Of a DNA stretch of 64,000 nt, positions 55,261 through 64,000 are shown in pieces (the first letter of the stretch is position 1; the number at the start of each line of letters is the position of its first letter). The notes under the pieces are model-generated. The model was not told the DNA's origin, did no database searches, and saw nothing but the letters and a program-made list of their open reading frames with translations. Position numbers and translations under genes: made by a program. This DNA comes from an uncultured Fidelibacterota bacterium (GTDB taxonomy: Bacteria > Fidelibacterota > Marinisomatia > Marinisomatales > Marinisomataceae), in contig CACNXV010000003.1 of the NCBI GenBank assembly GCA_902624575.1, positions 12,600 to 76,599 of the forward strand, given 5' to 3'.

Positions 55261-56273
55261 CGCCGGTTTCAATAGTTATCCCTCATTTAAATGGGAAAGA
55301 GATGTTGCATAACTGCATTCAATCCTTACTTGATAGTATTTCAAATATTCAATTTGAAGTAATTGTCGTTGACAATGGATCAACTGATAACTCAATTGAA
55401 AATATCAAAAAAAATTTTAATGAAGTAAAAATCGTTCATTCCCAAAAAAACCTTGGTTACAGCGGTGGTTGTAACTTGGGAGCAACAAAAGCTATTTATG
55501 ACTATATAATTTTCCTTAATAATGATACACTACATTCAAAAGGATGGATAGAGGAACTAGTAAGTTTTTTAGATAGTAATCCACATATTGGTGCAGCACA
55601 ACCTAAAATTTTGAATGCCATCAATAGAAATAAATTTGATTATGCAGGAGCTGCAGGAGGTTTTATTGACAAGTATTGTTTTCCTTATGCTCAAGGAAGA
55701 TTGTTTAGTACAATTGAAGAAGATGAGGGTCAATTCAACGAGCCCAAGAAAATTTTTTGGGCGTCAGGTGCAGCTTTTATTGTTAGAAAAGATGTCTTTA
55801 TATCACTTGGTAAGTTTGACGATATATATTTTGCATACATGGAAGAAATAGATTTTTGTTGGCAAATGCATTTAGATGGATGGGGTGTTTGGTATGTACC
55901 ATCCTCATCTGTTTATCATTTTGGTAAACAGACAATAAAAGAATATTCCTTTAAGTCTCATTACTTTAATCATCGTAACTCTTGGATTCTATTTTTAAAA
56001 AACTCTTATTCATTTGATAAAGGATTATTGATTTTAAAGAGATTATTTTTGGATTATATGGCATGCATTTACTCAATTATAAGTTTTGATTTTAATAGAC
56101 TAATTGCAATTATCTCTTCGCATCTATGGTTAATATTTAATTTTTATAAGTTTCCTGCTATTCGAAAAAATAAGACAGTAAAAAATGCGAAAATTGATAC
56201 ATTATTTAATGGTAGTATCGCAATAGAGTATTTTTTTAAAAGAAATAAGTATTTCTCAGATATTAATCAATAA
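55257..56273 (+). CDS. Glycosyltransferase family 2 with a C-terminal hydrophobic tail
   Basis: Motifs VSIVIPHLNG, VVDNGSTDNS, GYSGGCNLG and FLNNDT. C-terminal hydrophobic segments. ATGA overlap with the DUF2723 gene. Confidence 0.8.
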   Translation: MTPVSIVIPHLNGKEMLHNCIQSLLDSISNIQFEVIVVDNGSTDNSIENIKKNFNEVKIVHSQKNLGYSGGCNLGATKAIYDYIIFLNNDTLHSKGWIEELVSFLDSNPHIGAAQPKILNAINRNKFDYAGAAGGFIDKYCFPYAQGRLFSTIEEDEGQFNEPKKIFWASGAAFIVRKDVFISLGKFDDIYFAYMEEIDFCWQMHLDGWGVWYVPSSSVYHFGKQTIKEYSFKSHYFNHRNSWILFLKNSYSFDKGLLILKRLFLDYMACIYSIISFDFNRLIAIISSHLWLIFNFYKFPAIRKNKTVKNAKIDTLFNGSIAIEYFFKRNKYFSDINQ

Positions 56274-57107
56274 ATCTTCGTAAAGATCTTTTCTTTGAGG
56301 GTCAACAAATTGCATTTCTTTAAGCATATTCTTTTGACCTAATTTATGCATTATACTTCCAATTTTTGGTGCATGGTATTTCAAAAACATACCTGTATAA
56401 TTTTCTTGAGAATAATTATCAAAAACTTCATTTAAATTTTTTATAATTTCTTTTAAAGCTGATTCACATTCATCAATTTCACCATTTTCAAAAAGCTCAT
56501 AAGATAAATATGTAGAAAATCTTAATTTTCTTAAACCGCTGTTCTCTGTTAAAATATTTATTAGTAATAATCTTTGCTCCCATCCTCTTGAAAAATTTGA
56601 TGCACTCGATCTTACTGCGATACTCCTTGCTTTTTCATAATGCATTGTTCCTCCAAGCGGACTCCATGTATCTATTTCTGCACCAAGAATTATATTTCCA
56701 TAGAATCCTAGTAGACTTGATAATGGATCATAGTAAATGCTATCATAATACAATGATGTATTTTGACTTAAAGAAAATTGAGAACCTTTATCAAAAAAAT
56801 GTAAGTCTTTATTATTGCTAAAAAGCGATTGAATTAAAAAAGCTTCTGAACTCCCAATATTTGCATTTCCTTCAAATATTATTTGAACATCTAAATTGAG
56901 TTCCAGGTCGCTATACTCATCATTCCAGACTGAATTTTCATAAAATTTTTTAATATTATTATTTAGGCTAAGAAGAGTTGTTTTTTCGTCTGCTCGAAGC
57001 AATCTATCGTCAAAACTAACTGACACCTCTTTGAATTGTGCAAAAAGCATTGAGAACAGCATTATACAGCAAAGATATTTGTTCAGTTTTTGTAGCATAA
57101 AAGACAT
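56256..57107 (-). CDS. Secreted hypothetical protein (DUF4835-like by recollection)
   Basis: Signal peptide. The pattern VSVSFDDRLL ... IKKFYENSVWNDEYSDLELNLDVQIIFEG resembles DUF4835. Tentative. Confidence 0.4.
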   Translation of the reverse strand: MSFMLQKLNKYLCCIMLFSMLFAQFKEVSVSFDDRLLRADEKTTLLSLNNNIKKFYENSVWNDEYSDLELNLDVQIIFEGNANIGSSEAFLIQSLFSNNKDLHFFDKGSQFSLSQNTSLYYDSIYYDPLSSLLGFYGNIILGAEIDTWSPLGGTMHYEKARSIAVRSSASNFSRGWEQRLLLINILTENSGLRKLRFSTYLSYELFENGEIDECESALKEIIKNLNEVFDNYSQENYTGMFLKYHAPKIGSIMHKLGQKNMLKEMQFVDPQRKDLYEDLLINI

Positions 57108-57128
57108 ATATATTTTTTAATTTACGAA

Positions 57129-58547
57129 ATGGCAATAATTAAAGATATAATTAAGCAGAATAAACGATTACATGAAATTTCAAAAATAATTTCACATTTA
57201 GCTGACATGGAAGACATAAAATGCTACCTTGTTGGTGGCTGTGTAAGAGATTTAATATTAAATCCTGAAAAAGATTCAATCGATATTGATATTATGGTAG
57301 AAGGTGATGGTATTAATTTTGCACAAAAGATTGCTAAAGAGCTAAGAGTATCAAAGATTGTTCCATTCAAGAAATTTGCAACTGCAAAAATTCCATATAA
57401 AAAATTTGAGATTGAAGTTGCATCTGCAAGAGCAGAGTTATATTCGCAGGAATCTAGAAGTCCTTCAACAGTCAAAATGACAAATGTAGAGGAAGATTTA
57501 AAAAGACGTGACTTTACTGTTAATGCCATGGCAATATGTATTAATAATAGAAATTTTGGAGAATTCTTAGATCCTTTCAATGGAATGGACGATTTAAGAA
57601 GAAAAGTTTTACAAACTCCGATGGATGCAAATATCACATTTTCTGATGATCCTTTGAGAATGATGAGAGCAACATATTTTGCTTCAAAATTGAACTTTAC
57701 AATTGAAAAAAATAGTTTTGAAGCTATTAAAAAGAACTGTGAAAGAATTGAGATAGTTTCCCAGGAAAGAATTACTAATGAATTATTTAAAATTTTAGCG
57801 ACAGAAAAACCATCAATTGGTCTTGAGCTTCTTCAGACTAGCGGTTTAATGAAATATATTTTTCCTGAAATATCTAATATGTTTGGATTAGACCAATCAA
57901 ATGAATATCACCATAAAGATATTTTTTATCATACACTTGAAGTTGTTGACAATGCTGCATCCATGTCAGTAAATACCAATTTAAGATTAGCAGCTCTTGT
58001 CCATGATATAGCAAAGCCTCAAACAAGAAGGCTTTCAAAAACCAAAGGTTATACTTTTTATGGCCATGATGACGTTGGTGCAAGATTATTAATAGATATT
58101 TCTAAAAAAATGAAGTTTTCGAATGACACAAGAAATTATATATCAAAATTAACTGCATTACATCTAAGGCCCATAGGTTTAGCTAAAGATGGGGTGACAG
58201 ATTCAGCAATTAGGAGATTAATTGTTGATGCAGGTGAAGAGATTGTTGATTTAATGAAATTATGTCGTGCCGATATAACTACTAAAAACCCAAAAAATAT
58301 TAAAAAATATTTATCAAATTTTGATAGAGTTGAAAAGAGAATGAATGAAGTCATTGAAATTGATGAATTAAGATCTTTCCAATCACCAGTTCGAGGAGCC
58401 GAAATAATGAAAATGTTCAAATTATCGCCTGGTAAAGAGGTTGGTAAAATTAAAAGCCTCGTAGAAGAAGCTATCATAAATGGAGATATAAAAAATTCAT
58501 ATTCTGAGGCAATTGCTTTTTTAGATAGAATGAAGCAAGAAAAGTGA
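57129..58547 (+). CDS. cca: tRNA nucleotidyltransferase (CCA-adding / poly(A) polymerase family) with an HD domain
   Basis: Motifs LVGGCVRDLIL, DIDIMVEG and RRDFTVNAMA. HD domain HHKDIFYHTLEVVD ... LVHDIAKP. Confidence 0.8.
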   Translation: MAIIKDIIKQNKRLHEISKIISHLADMEDIKCYLVGGCVRDLILNPEKDSIDIDIMVEGDGINFAQKIAKELRVSKIVPFKKFATAKIPYKKFEIEVASARAELYSQESRSPSTVKMTNVEEDLKRRDFTVNAMAICINNRNFGEFLDPFNGMDDLRRKVLQTPMDANITFSDDPLRMMRATYFASKLNFTIEKNSFEAIKKNCERIEIVSQERITNELFKILATEKPSIGLELLQTSGLMKYIFPEISNMFGLDQSNEYHHKDIFYHTLEVVDNAASMSVNTNLRLAALVHDIAKPQTRRLSKTKGYTFYGHDDVGARLLIDISKKMKFSNDTRNYISKLTALHLRPIGLAKDGVTDSAIRRLIVDAGEEIVDLMKLCRADITTKNPKNIKKYLSNFDRVEKRMNEVIEIDELRSFQSPVRGAEIMKMFKLSPGKEVGKIKSLVEEAIINGDIKNSYSEAIAFLDRMKQEK

Positions 58548-58679
58548 ATTTTTATATATATTTAACTGTTATTAATCAATATTGTTAAACGAGAATAAAT
58601 TATATAAATTGCAATCCTTTATATGAGAGTATATATTGAAACAATTTGTGTTAAATTAAGTATTAATTAAGGCAGTATA

Positions 58680-59945
58680 ATGAAGACAATCTTATTACTA
58701 GTTATTATATCTATGACTTATGCTCAAACTTTGAGTGTTGATGAAGCGGTACGAGTTGCTTTAGTGAATAAGGCATCCATAACAAATGCACAAAAAGATA
58801 TAGATATTGCTAGACTAAACAGAAATTCTTCAGCTTCACTACTTTTTCCTTCAATTAATGCCAGTAACTCATTTAGAGAAACAACATATGGAAGTTCTTT
58901 TTTAAGCGGCGGAGAATCATTTTCAGGAGGAGTAACTTTATCACAAAACTTATTTAACTTTGGAGGTAAAGTAAACACAGTAAGACAAAGTAATAATACT
59001 TATTCAATTTCTAAAATACAGAAGAGGGAAACATCTGCAAGAGTTATTCTCAATGTCTATACATTTTATTATCAGTTTTTAAAAGATTCTGAATTATTCG
59101 AAATTGCTCAAGAGGACTTAGCTTTATCTCAAAAGCAACTTGACCTTGTAAAACAACAATTTGATTTAGGCGCTGTTAGTAGAACTGATTATTTAAAAGC
59201 ATCGGTAAGATTTGGAACCGCTAAATCAACACTTTTAAACAGAGAATTAAGTAAAAACAATTCTTTAAAAAATTTAAGAAATAGCATGGGTTTAATCGGA
59301 AAAGATGTTGTTATAAAGTTGCCAAAAGATGTTGAGATTAATTTAATAATACCCTCATTTGATGAGGCATATCAAATAATGCTTAAAAATAGCCCAAGTT
59401 TAAATATCCTAGATAGAAGAGTCACTTCAGCCAAAATAAACGTAAAGCAAAACTGGGCTTCTTCATTACCTAGTTTAAATATGAGTATAGGATATAATGC
59501 TTCTTCAAGTGAACAACTCACTAAACAATATTTTGAAGATAATTACATAAAAAGTGCAAACTTAACACTTAGCATCCCAATCTTTAATGGATTTAGAAAT
59601 AGAAATGACATTAAAATTTCTAAGCTTCAGCTATCTCAAAGAGAGTCTTCATATAGTTCTGCTATTAAAGATTCTCAAGTAGAATTGTCTACACTTATTA
59701 ACAGACTTAAAAATTACGAGGAATTAATACCAATTCTTGAGGAAGTTCTGCTTTCTGCAGAGGAAGATCTTAAGCTTGCTTTGCAAAAATATGAGCTTGG
59801 TTCGGCTGACATACTAGAGTTATTAAATGCTCAATTAGCTGTAATTCAGGCTAGCTCATCTTTAGTTAATACAAAATATGATGCCGCTATTCAGCTAGCT
59901 TCATTAGATAATTTAATTGGTACTCTTGATAAAAAATATGAATAG
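58680..59945 (+). CDS. TolC-family outer-membrane efflux protein
   Basis: Signal peptide and two internal repeats of the outer-membrane efflux protein helical pattern. First gene of the efflux operon. Confidence 0.8.
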   Translation: MKTILLLVIISMTYAQTLSVDEAVRVALVNKASITNAQKDIDIARLNRNSSASLLFPSINASNSFRETTYGSSFLSGGESFSGGVTLSQNLFNFGGKVNTVRQSNNTYSISKIQKRETSARVILNVYTFYYQFLKDSELFEIAQEDLALSQKQLDLVKQQFDLGAVSRTDYLKASVRFGTAKSTLLNRELSKNNSLKNLRNSMGLIGKDVVIKLPKDVEINLIIPSFDEAYQIMLKNSPSLNILDRRVTSAKINVKQNWASSLPSLNMSIGYNASSSEQLTKQYFEDNYIKSANLTLSIPIFNGFRNRNDIKISKLQLSQRESSYSSAIKDSQVELSTLINRLKNYEELIPILEEVLLSAEEDLKLALQKYELGSADILELLNAQLAVIQASSSLVNTKYDAAIQLASLDNLIGTLDKKYE

Positions 59946-59953
59946 GAGATAAT

Positions 59954-61120
59954 GTGAAAAATTTGATTAATATAATTATGGAAAATAAGATTAAGGTTGC
60001 TGGTGTTATAGTTGTACTTCTCGGTATTTCCTTTTTTGGAAAATCTGATGACAGTGAATCCCTTGAAGTTTCTATTAAAAAAGTCAGTAGAAAAAACTTA
60101 CAAAGTAAAGTCGTTGCAGACGGTGTATTGACTCCAGAAACAGAGGTCAAATTAAGTGCAAACAATACAACTTATATAACTGATATTGCTGTTAAAGAGG
60201 GTGACTTCGTAAACAAAGGTGATTTTTTGATGTCTCTCGATGATAGGCAACAAAAAGCAGCTACTGAGGCTTCAAGAGCAAGTCTTAAAGCAGCTAAGGT
60301 TCAACTTGAACAAAGAAAAGCTCAACAAGAAAGACAGACACAATTATATAATCAAGGTTTGATTTCAGACCAAGAAATGGAAACTACCAATTCTTCTTTT
60401 GCTTCAGCATTGAGTACATATAATGGAGCTCAGTCAAGACTGATTCAAGATGAAGATGCTTTATCAAAATTAAGATTAATTGCTCCTCAAGATGGAACAA
60501 TTACCTTTATTGATGGAGAAGTAGGAGATTTAGCCCAAGGTGGTATGTTCAATCCAAGTGTTTTGTTAAAACTTTCAGATCTGTCAAAAATGGAAGTATA
60601 TGTTAATGTTAATGAAAACGATATAGCTGACATTTCTATTGACGATCCTGTTTCAATTGAGGTTGATGCATATGACGGAAAAAAATTCATGGGTAAAGTT
60701 AAAGAAGTTGCTTACGCATCTTCTGTATCTAGTGGCGGTTCGCAGCAACAAGTAACAAATTTTCAGGTAAAAATTCAAATGCTTGAGGTTGTTGAAGGTA
60801 TGAGACCTGGAATGAGTGCTACTGTAGATATCATAACTGCAGAAAGCTTGAATGCTCTTAGCATACCTATTCAATCTCTAACTTCATCTAGATCAATGAA
60901 AAAAGGAACCAATGTAGTATTTGTTTATAATAATAATATTGTTAATGAAAGAGTTGTCGAGACAGGTATTGTTGGTGATAGAGACTATGAAATTCTTTCA
61001 GGCTTAGAAGAAGGTGAGCAAATCGTAACGGGAAGCTTCATTGCAATTAGTAGAGAATTAACGGACGGAATGAAGGTTAAAGTTAGAGAATTTCAGAAGA
61101 ATAAAAAAAGACGTGACTAA
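59954..61120 (+). CDS. Efflux periplasmic adaptor (HlyD/MacA-type membrane fusion protein)
   Basis: N-terminal TM, lipoyl-like [17 protein letters not shown], a coiled-coil hairpin and beta-barrel domains. GTG start after GGAG. Confidence 0.8.
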   Translation: MKNLINIIMENKIKVAGVIVVLLGISFFGKSDDSESLEVSIKKVSRKNLQSKVVADGVLTPETEVKLSANNTTYITDIAVKEGDFVNKGDFLMSLDDRQQKAATEASRASLKAAKVQLEQRKAQQERQTQLYNQGLISDQEMETTNSSFASALSTYNGAQSRLIQDEDALSKLRLIAPQDGTITFIDGEVGDLAQGGMFNPSVLLKLSDLSKMEVYVNVNENDIADISIDDPVSIEVDAYDGKKFMGKVKEVAYASSVSSGGSQQQVTNFQVKIQMLEVVEGMRPGMSATVDIITAESLNALSIPIQSLTSSRSMKKGTNVVFVYNNNIVNERVVETGIVGDRDYEILSGLEEGEQIVTGSFIAISRELTDGMKVKVREFQKNKKRRD

Positions 61121-61802
61121 GTCAAAGAAAGAAATTATTGGAATAAAATCTGTATCCAAAATTTATAATTTAGGTGATACAGTTGTTAAAGCTTTAGATA
61201 ATGTTTCTTTGAGTATTAACGAAAATGATTACATTTCAATAATGGGACCATCAGGTTCTGGAAAATCAACATTAATGAATATTATTGGATGCTTAGATGT
61301 GCCAACAAAAGGAACATACAAATTCAATAATGAAAAGATTTCTGAAATGAATGACAATCAATTAGCAAATATAAGAAATGAAAAAATTGGTTTTGTTTTT
61401 CAAACCTTTAACCTTCTTCCGAAGTTAAATTCTATTCAAAATGTTGAAGTTCCTTTAGTTTATTCATCTTTTGCAAGAGCTGAAAGAAGCCTCAAAGCAA
61501 AAGAAGCCCTTAAGATTGTTGGTCTTGAAGATAGGATGTCTCATAAACCTAATGAACTTTCAGGGGGACAAAGACAGAGGGTAGCAATAGCTAGAGCGCT
61601 TGTAAATAAACCATCAATAATTTTAGCTGATGAACCTACTGGTAATTTAGATTCAAAAAGCGGCTCCGAAATATTGAATTTCTTTGACAGCTTACATAAA
61701 GCAGGTAACACTTTAATTATCGTCACGCATGAAGATTCTGTAGCGAAAAGAGCAAAAAGAAGAATTGAAATATTTGACGGAAAAATTACTCTAGATGAAT
61801 AA
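61113..61802 (+). CDS. ABC transporter ATP-binding protein (MacB/LolD-type)
   Basis: Walker [10 protein letters not shown], signature [15 protein letters not shown] and Walker [12 protein letters not shown]. Confidence 0.9.
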   Translation: MTKSKKEIIGIKSVSKIYNLGDTVVKALDNVSLSINENDYISIMGPSGSGKSTLMNIIGCLDVPTKGTYKFNNEKISEMNDNQLANIRNEKIGFVFQTFNLLPKLNSIQNVEVPLVYSSFARAERSLKAKEALKIVGLEDRMSHKPNELSGGQRQRVAIARALVNKPSIILADEPTGNLDSKSGSEILNFFDSLHKAGNTLIIVTHEDSVAKRAKRRIEIFDGKITLDE

Positions 61803-63042
61803 AATATTAAAAAATATTTTAATTGGCTTTAGCGCAATTAGATCGAGTTTTACCAGAGTTTTTCTTACATCAATTGGTCTTACTATAGGAATTTTTACAG
61901 TTAGTATTGTTACAGCTGCAGTTTCATCAGTTGATCGAGAATTTGCAAAATCTATTGAGAGTATTGGAAATGATAAAATATATGTTGGAAGAATGCCTTG
62001 GTCATTTGAATTTGATTGGTGGAATTATCGAAATAGACCTGAGATAAAAGAAGAGCAATTAGATTATATTAATCAGTATAGTGAATATGTAACTCAATCA
62101 AGTATGAAGCAAAATTATTGGACTAAAGCAACATACGAAAATAAAGCTTCATGGCTTCAAATGAATGGAGTTTACCCAAATTATAATGATATGATGACAG
62201 GAACAAAAGTTGTTAATGGAAGGTTTTTTTCTGAAAATGAATGGAAACTTCAAAGAAGAGTTGCAATTATTGGAGGCAGTGTTGGAGAAGGATTTTTCGA
62301 AGGCGAAGATCCAATTGGAAAAAAAATTAGGTTAGGTGGAGTTAGTTTTGAAGTTATTGGAGAGCTTGAGAAAACTGGAAGTTTTACTCCAACGGGGAGT
62401 TTAGATCAAGTCATAATCATGCCAACAACAACTTTCCAAAGGATTTTAACTAGATGGACTTGGAACGAGTTTGTACTTCAAATAGATCCAAATAATCGAG
62501 AAAAAGCAAAAGACGAAGTTAGGATGATTATGCGTGTAGCAAGAAAGTTAAAGCCTGATGAAGAAGACAATTTTGCGGTAAATAGTGCTGATGCTTTTAC
62601 AAAGCAATTTAATCAAATGAAAATTGCTATTGCAGGTATGGGTTTATTGGTTACTAGCATTTCTTTAATAGTTTCTGGAATTGGAATTATGAATGTTATG
62701 TTTGTTTCAGTCAGAGAAAGAACCAAAGAAATTGGTCTTAGAAAAGCGATGGGTGCTACAAATACTGATATCTTAATACAATTTTTGAGTGAAGCTATAG
62801 CAATTGCTATTATTGGTGGAACCATGGGTATTTTATTAATTAGAACAACATTATATTTTATTGGTTCTGCAATTGCAAACATAGACATAAACGGTATGGG
62901 TTCTGCAATTGATTTACAAATGGATTTATTGCTTACTTTCTATACTTTTATGGTTTGTGTTTTTCTAGGGTTGATTGCTGGAATGATTCCTGCAAGAACA
63001 GCTGCAAATTTAAATCCAATTGACGCACTAAGACATGAATAG
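61795..63042 (+). CDS. ABC transporter permease (MacB periplasmic core domain + FtsX)
   Basis: N-terminal TM, a large periplasmic domain and a C-terminal FtsX segment ([14 protein letters not shown]). Confidence 0.85.
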   Translation: MNKILKNILIGFSAIRSSFTRVFLTSIGLTIGIFTVSIVTAAVSSVDREFAKSIESIGNDKIYVGRMPWSFEFDWWNYRNRPEIKEEQLDYINQYSEYVTQSSMKQNYWTKATYENKASWLQMNGVYPNYNDMMTGTKVVNGRFFSENEWKLQRRVAIIGGSVGEGFFEGEDPIGKKIRLGGVSFEVIGELEKTGSFTPTGSLDQVIIMPTTTFQRILTRWTWNEFVLQIDPNNREKAKDEVRMIMRVARKLKPDEEDNFAVNSADAFTKQFNQMKIAIAGMGLLVTSISLIVSGIGIMNVMFVSVRERTKEIGLRKAMGATNTDILIQFLSEAIAIAIIGGTMGILLIRTTLYFIGSAIANIDINGMGSAIDLQMDLLLTFYTFMVCVFLGLIAGMIPARTAANLNPIDALRHE

Positions 63043-64000
63043 AATAATAAATTATTTATTTGATGTAATACGAGGTGTTTTATTTTACTTCAGTCAAACT
63101 AAGCTTAGAACTGCTTTAACGCTTCTTGGAATTACAGTTGGTGTATCATCAATCATTGCAATTATGACTGTTTTAGCTACCTTTGAAAAAACAACTGATC
63201 AAATTGTTTCAGATGTTAGAACAAATGTATTTTATATAACTAGAGAAAATCCTATTGAAGTAAGTTTTGGTAATAATAATAAATGGGCTCGAAATAAACC
63301 AAAAATAACATGGACGGAATATGAGCAGTTAAAAAGAAGCTTAAAACTCATTAAAAATATGTCAGCAGTTGTTTCGGAAGAACCAAGTGATAGAACTTTT
63401 AGCGTAGGTAAAAAAGAATTCAAGAGTCGCATTCAAAGTTTTTGGGCTGCAGACGGAGATATACTATCTCTTTATAAATATGATATTGTTGAAGGAAGAA
63501 ACATTCAAGATGTTGATATTAATAACAGAAGTAGAGTGGCCATTGTTGGTTCTGATATTAAAAAAGAACTTTTTCCATTTAAGAATCCAGTAGGAGAAAC
63601 AATCAAAATAGATAATATACCTTTTGAAATAATAGCGCTAACAGAAGAAAAAGGTGAGCTAGCTGGACAAAGTATGGATAGCATGGTCGGTATACCAATT
63701 TCAACCTACTTAAAATATTTTGGTGGAAACTGGAGACGTGCAGATTTACAACTTGTTTTAGAATCGGAATCTGTTGAAGGAATTGATGATGCAACAGACG
63801 AAGCAATTGGTGTTTTTAGAGCTATCAGAAAGATTCCACCAGGAGATCCTAATAATTTTTATATAGCTACCAATGACCAACTAATGGATACTTTTGGTGA
63901 ATTCACAGGTTATTTAAAAACTTTTGTAGGGCTAATTACTGGCATATCGTTACTAGTTGCTGGTATTGGTATAGCTAATATAATGCTAGTTTCACTTAAT
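63035..64000 (+). CDS. Second ABC transporter permease (MacB_PCD + FtsX), partial, runs off the window end
   Basis: Absent from the ORF track. Manual translation from the ATG at 63035 stays open for 322 codons to position 64000: [44 protein letters not shown] ... RVAIVGSDIKKELF ... LITGISLLVAGIGIANIMLVS. Confidence 0.8.
   Translation, partial: MNRIINYLFDVIRGVLFYFSQTKLRTALTLLGITVGVSSIIAIMTVLATFEKTTDQIVSDVRTNVFYITRENPIEVSFGNNNKWARNKPKITWTEYEQLKRSLKLIKNMSAVVSEEPSDRTFSVGKKEFKSRIQSFWAADGDILSLYKYDIVEGRNIQDVDINNRSRVAIVGSDIKKELFPFKNPVGETIKIDNIPFEIIALTEEKGELAGQSMDSMVGIPISTYLKYFGGNWRRADLQLVLESESVEGIDDATDEAIGVFRAIRKIPPGDPNNFYIATNDQLMDTFGEFTGYLKTFVGLITGISLLVAGIGIANIMLVSLN

Noticed and set aside
57224-58477. 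Long antisense ORFs (137 aa, 69 aa, 113 aa) inside the cca gene
   Set aside because: The sense frame has clear nucleotidyltransferase and HD motifs along its full length. The antisense products are low-complexity Ser/Leu/Ile/Phe-rich with no motifs or start context. Such frames stay open opposite codon-biased AT-rich genes. The same reasoning applies to the other 60-107-aa antisense ORFs in the track (for example 5528-5761, 15137-15388, 30715-31038, 45493-45798, 62613-62888).
58680-64000. TolC/adaptor/ABC ATPase/two FtsX permeases as a novel system
   Set aside because: This is the standard MacAB-TolC-like tripartite efflux gene order with two permease paralogs, which is common in FCB-group and related bacteria. 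Nothing is atypical in the motifs or spacing.
1-64000. CRISPR arrays, transposases, integrases, prophage, toxin-antitoxin or known defence-system genes
   Set aside because: I looked through all ORFs and intergenic spacers. I found no repeat-spacer arrays, no recombinase or transposase motifs and no nuclease/ATPase pairs typical of defence islands. The accessory content of this window is all glycan biosynthesis.

Overview
AT-rich (roughly 30% GC by eye), very gene-dense bacterial chromosome segment. I call about 63 CDS, one tRNA and the RNase P RNA. Many gene junctions overlap by 4 nt (ATGA), and at least a dozen CDS start with GTG or TTG. I saw no transposase, integrase, CRISPR array or recognisable defence genes. 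The gene content includes a TonB-dependent receptor with a carboxypeptidase-regulatory-like N-terminus, DUF2723, and DUF4835-like and DUF4159-like proteins, yet Shine-Dalgarno sites are clear. That suggests a streamlined marine FCB-group relative such as Marinimicrobia/SAR406, but this is only a guess.

Layout:
(1) 0.7-29.5 kb is a large mosaic surface-polysaccharide locus. It holds SDR epimerase/dehydratase genes, Wza-, Wzi-, Wzx-, Wzz- and Wzy-like export and polymerisation genes, and heptose-activation genes. It also holds a WecB epimerase, two DegT aminotransferases, an LbH acetyltransferase, a Gfo/Idh/MocA oxidoreductase and a short nucleotide-sugar dehydrogenase. The rest comprises a HisH/HisF/amidotransferase triad, two formyltransferase-fold proteins, a deacetylase, two GT4 enzymes and a small initiating sugar transferase. 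Unusual extras are a sulfotransferase-fold plus class-IV aminotransferase pair, and an APS-kinase-like plus mini-nucleotidyltransferase pair. gpmA, an M1 peptidase and a tRNA(CAT) interrupt the locus.
(2) 29.5-32.5 kb on the minus strand is a tightly coupled unit: minimal SET-domain methyltransferase, metK, ahcY, then the sugar transferase. I rate this the most interesting item.
(3) 32.6-64 kb is housekeeping: rnpB, fabH, 7TM-HD, ybeY, mazG, holB, metG, tatD, rsmA, rpsU, valS and recG. It continues with a DUF2723 GT-C-like protein plus GT2 pair, cca, and a TolC/adaptor/ABC/FtsX efflux set.

All function calls come from motifs read by eye in the supplied translations. No searches were run.
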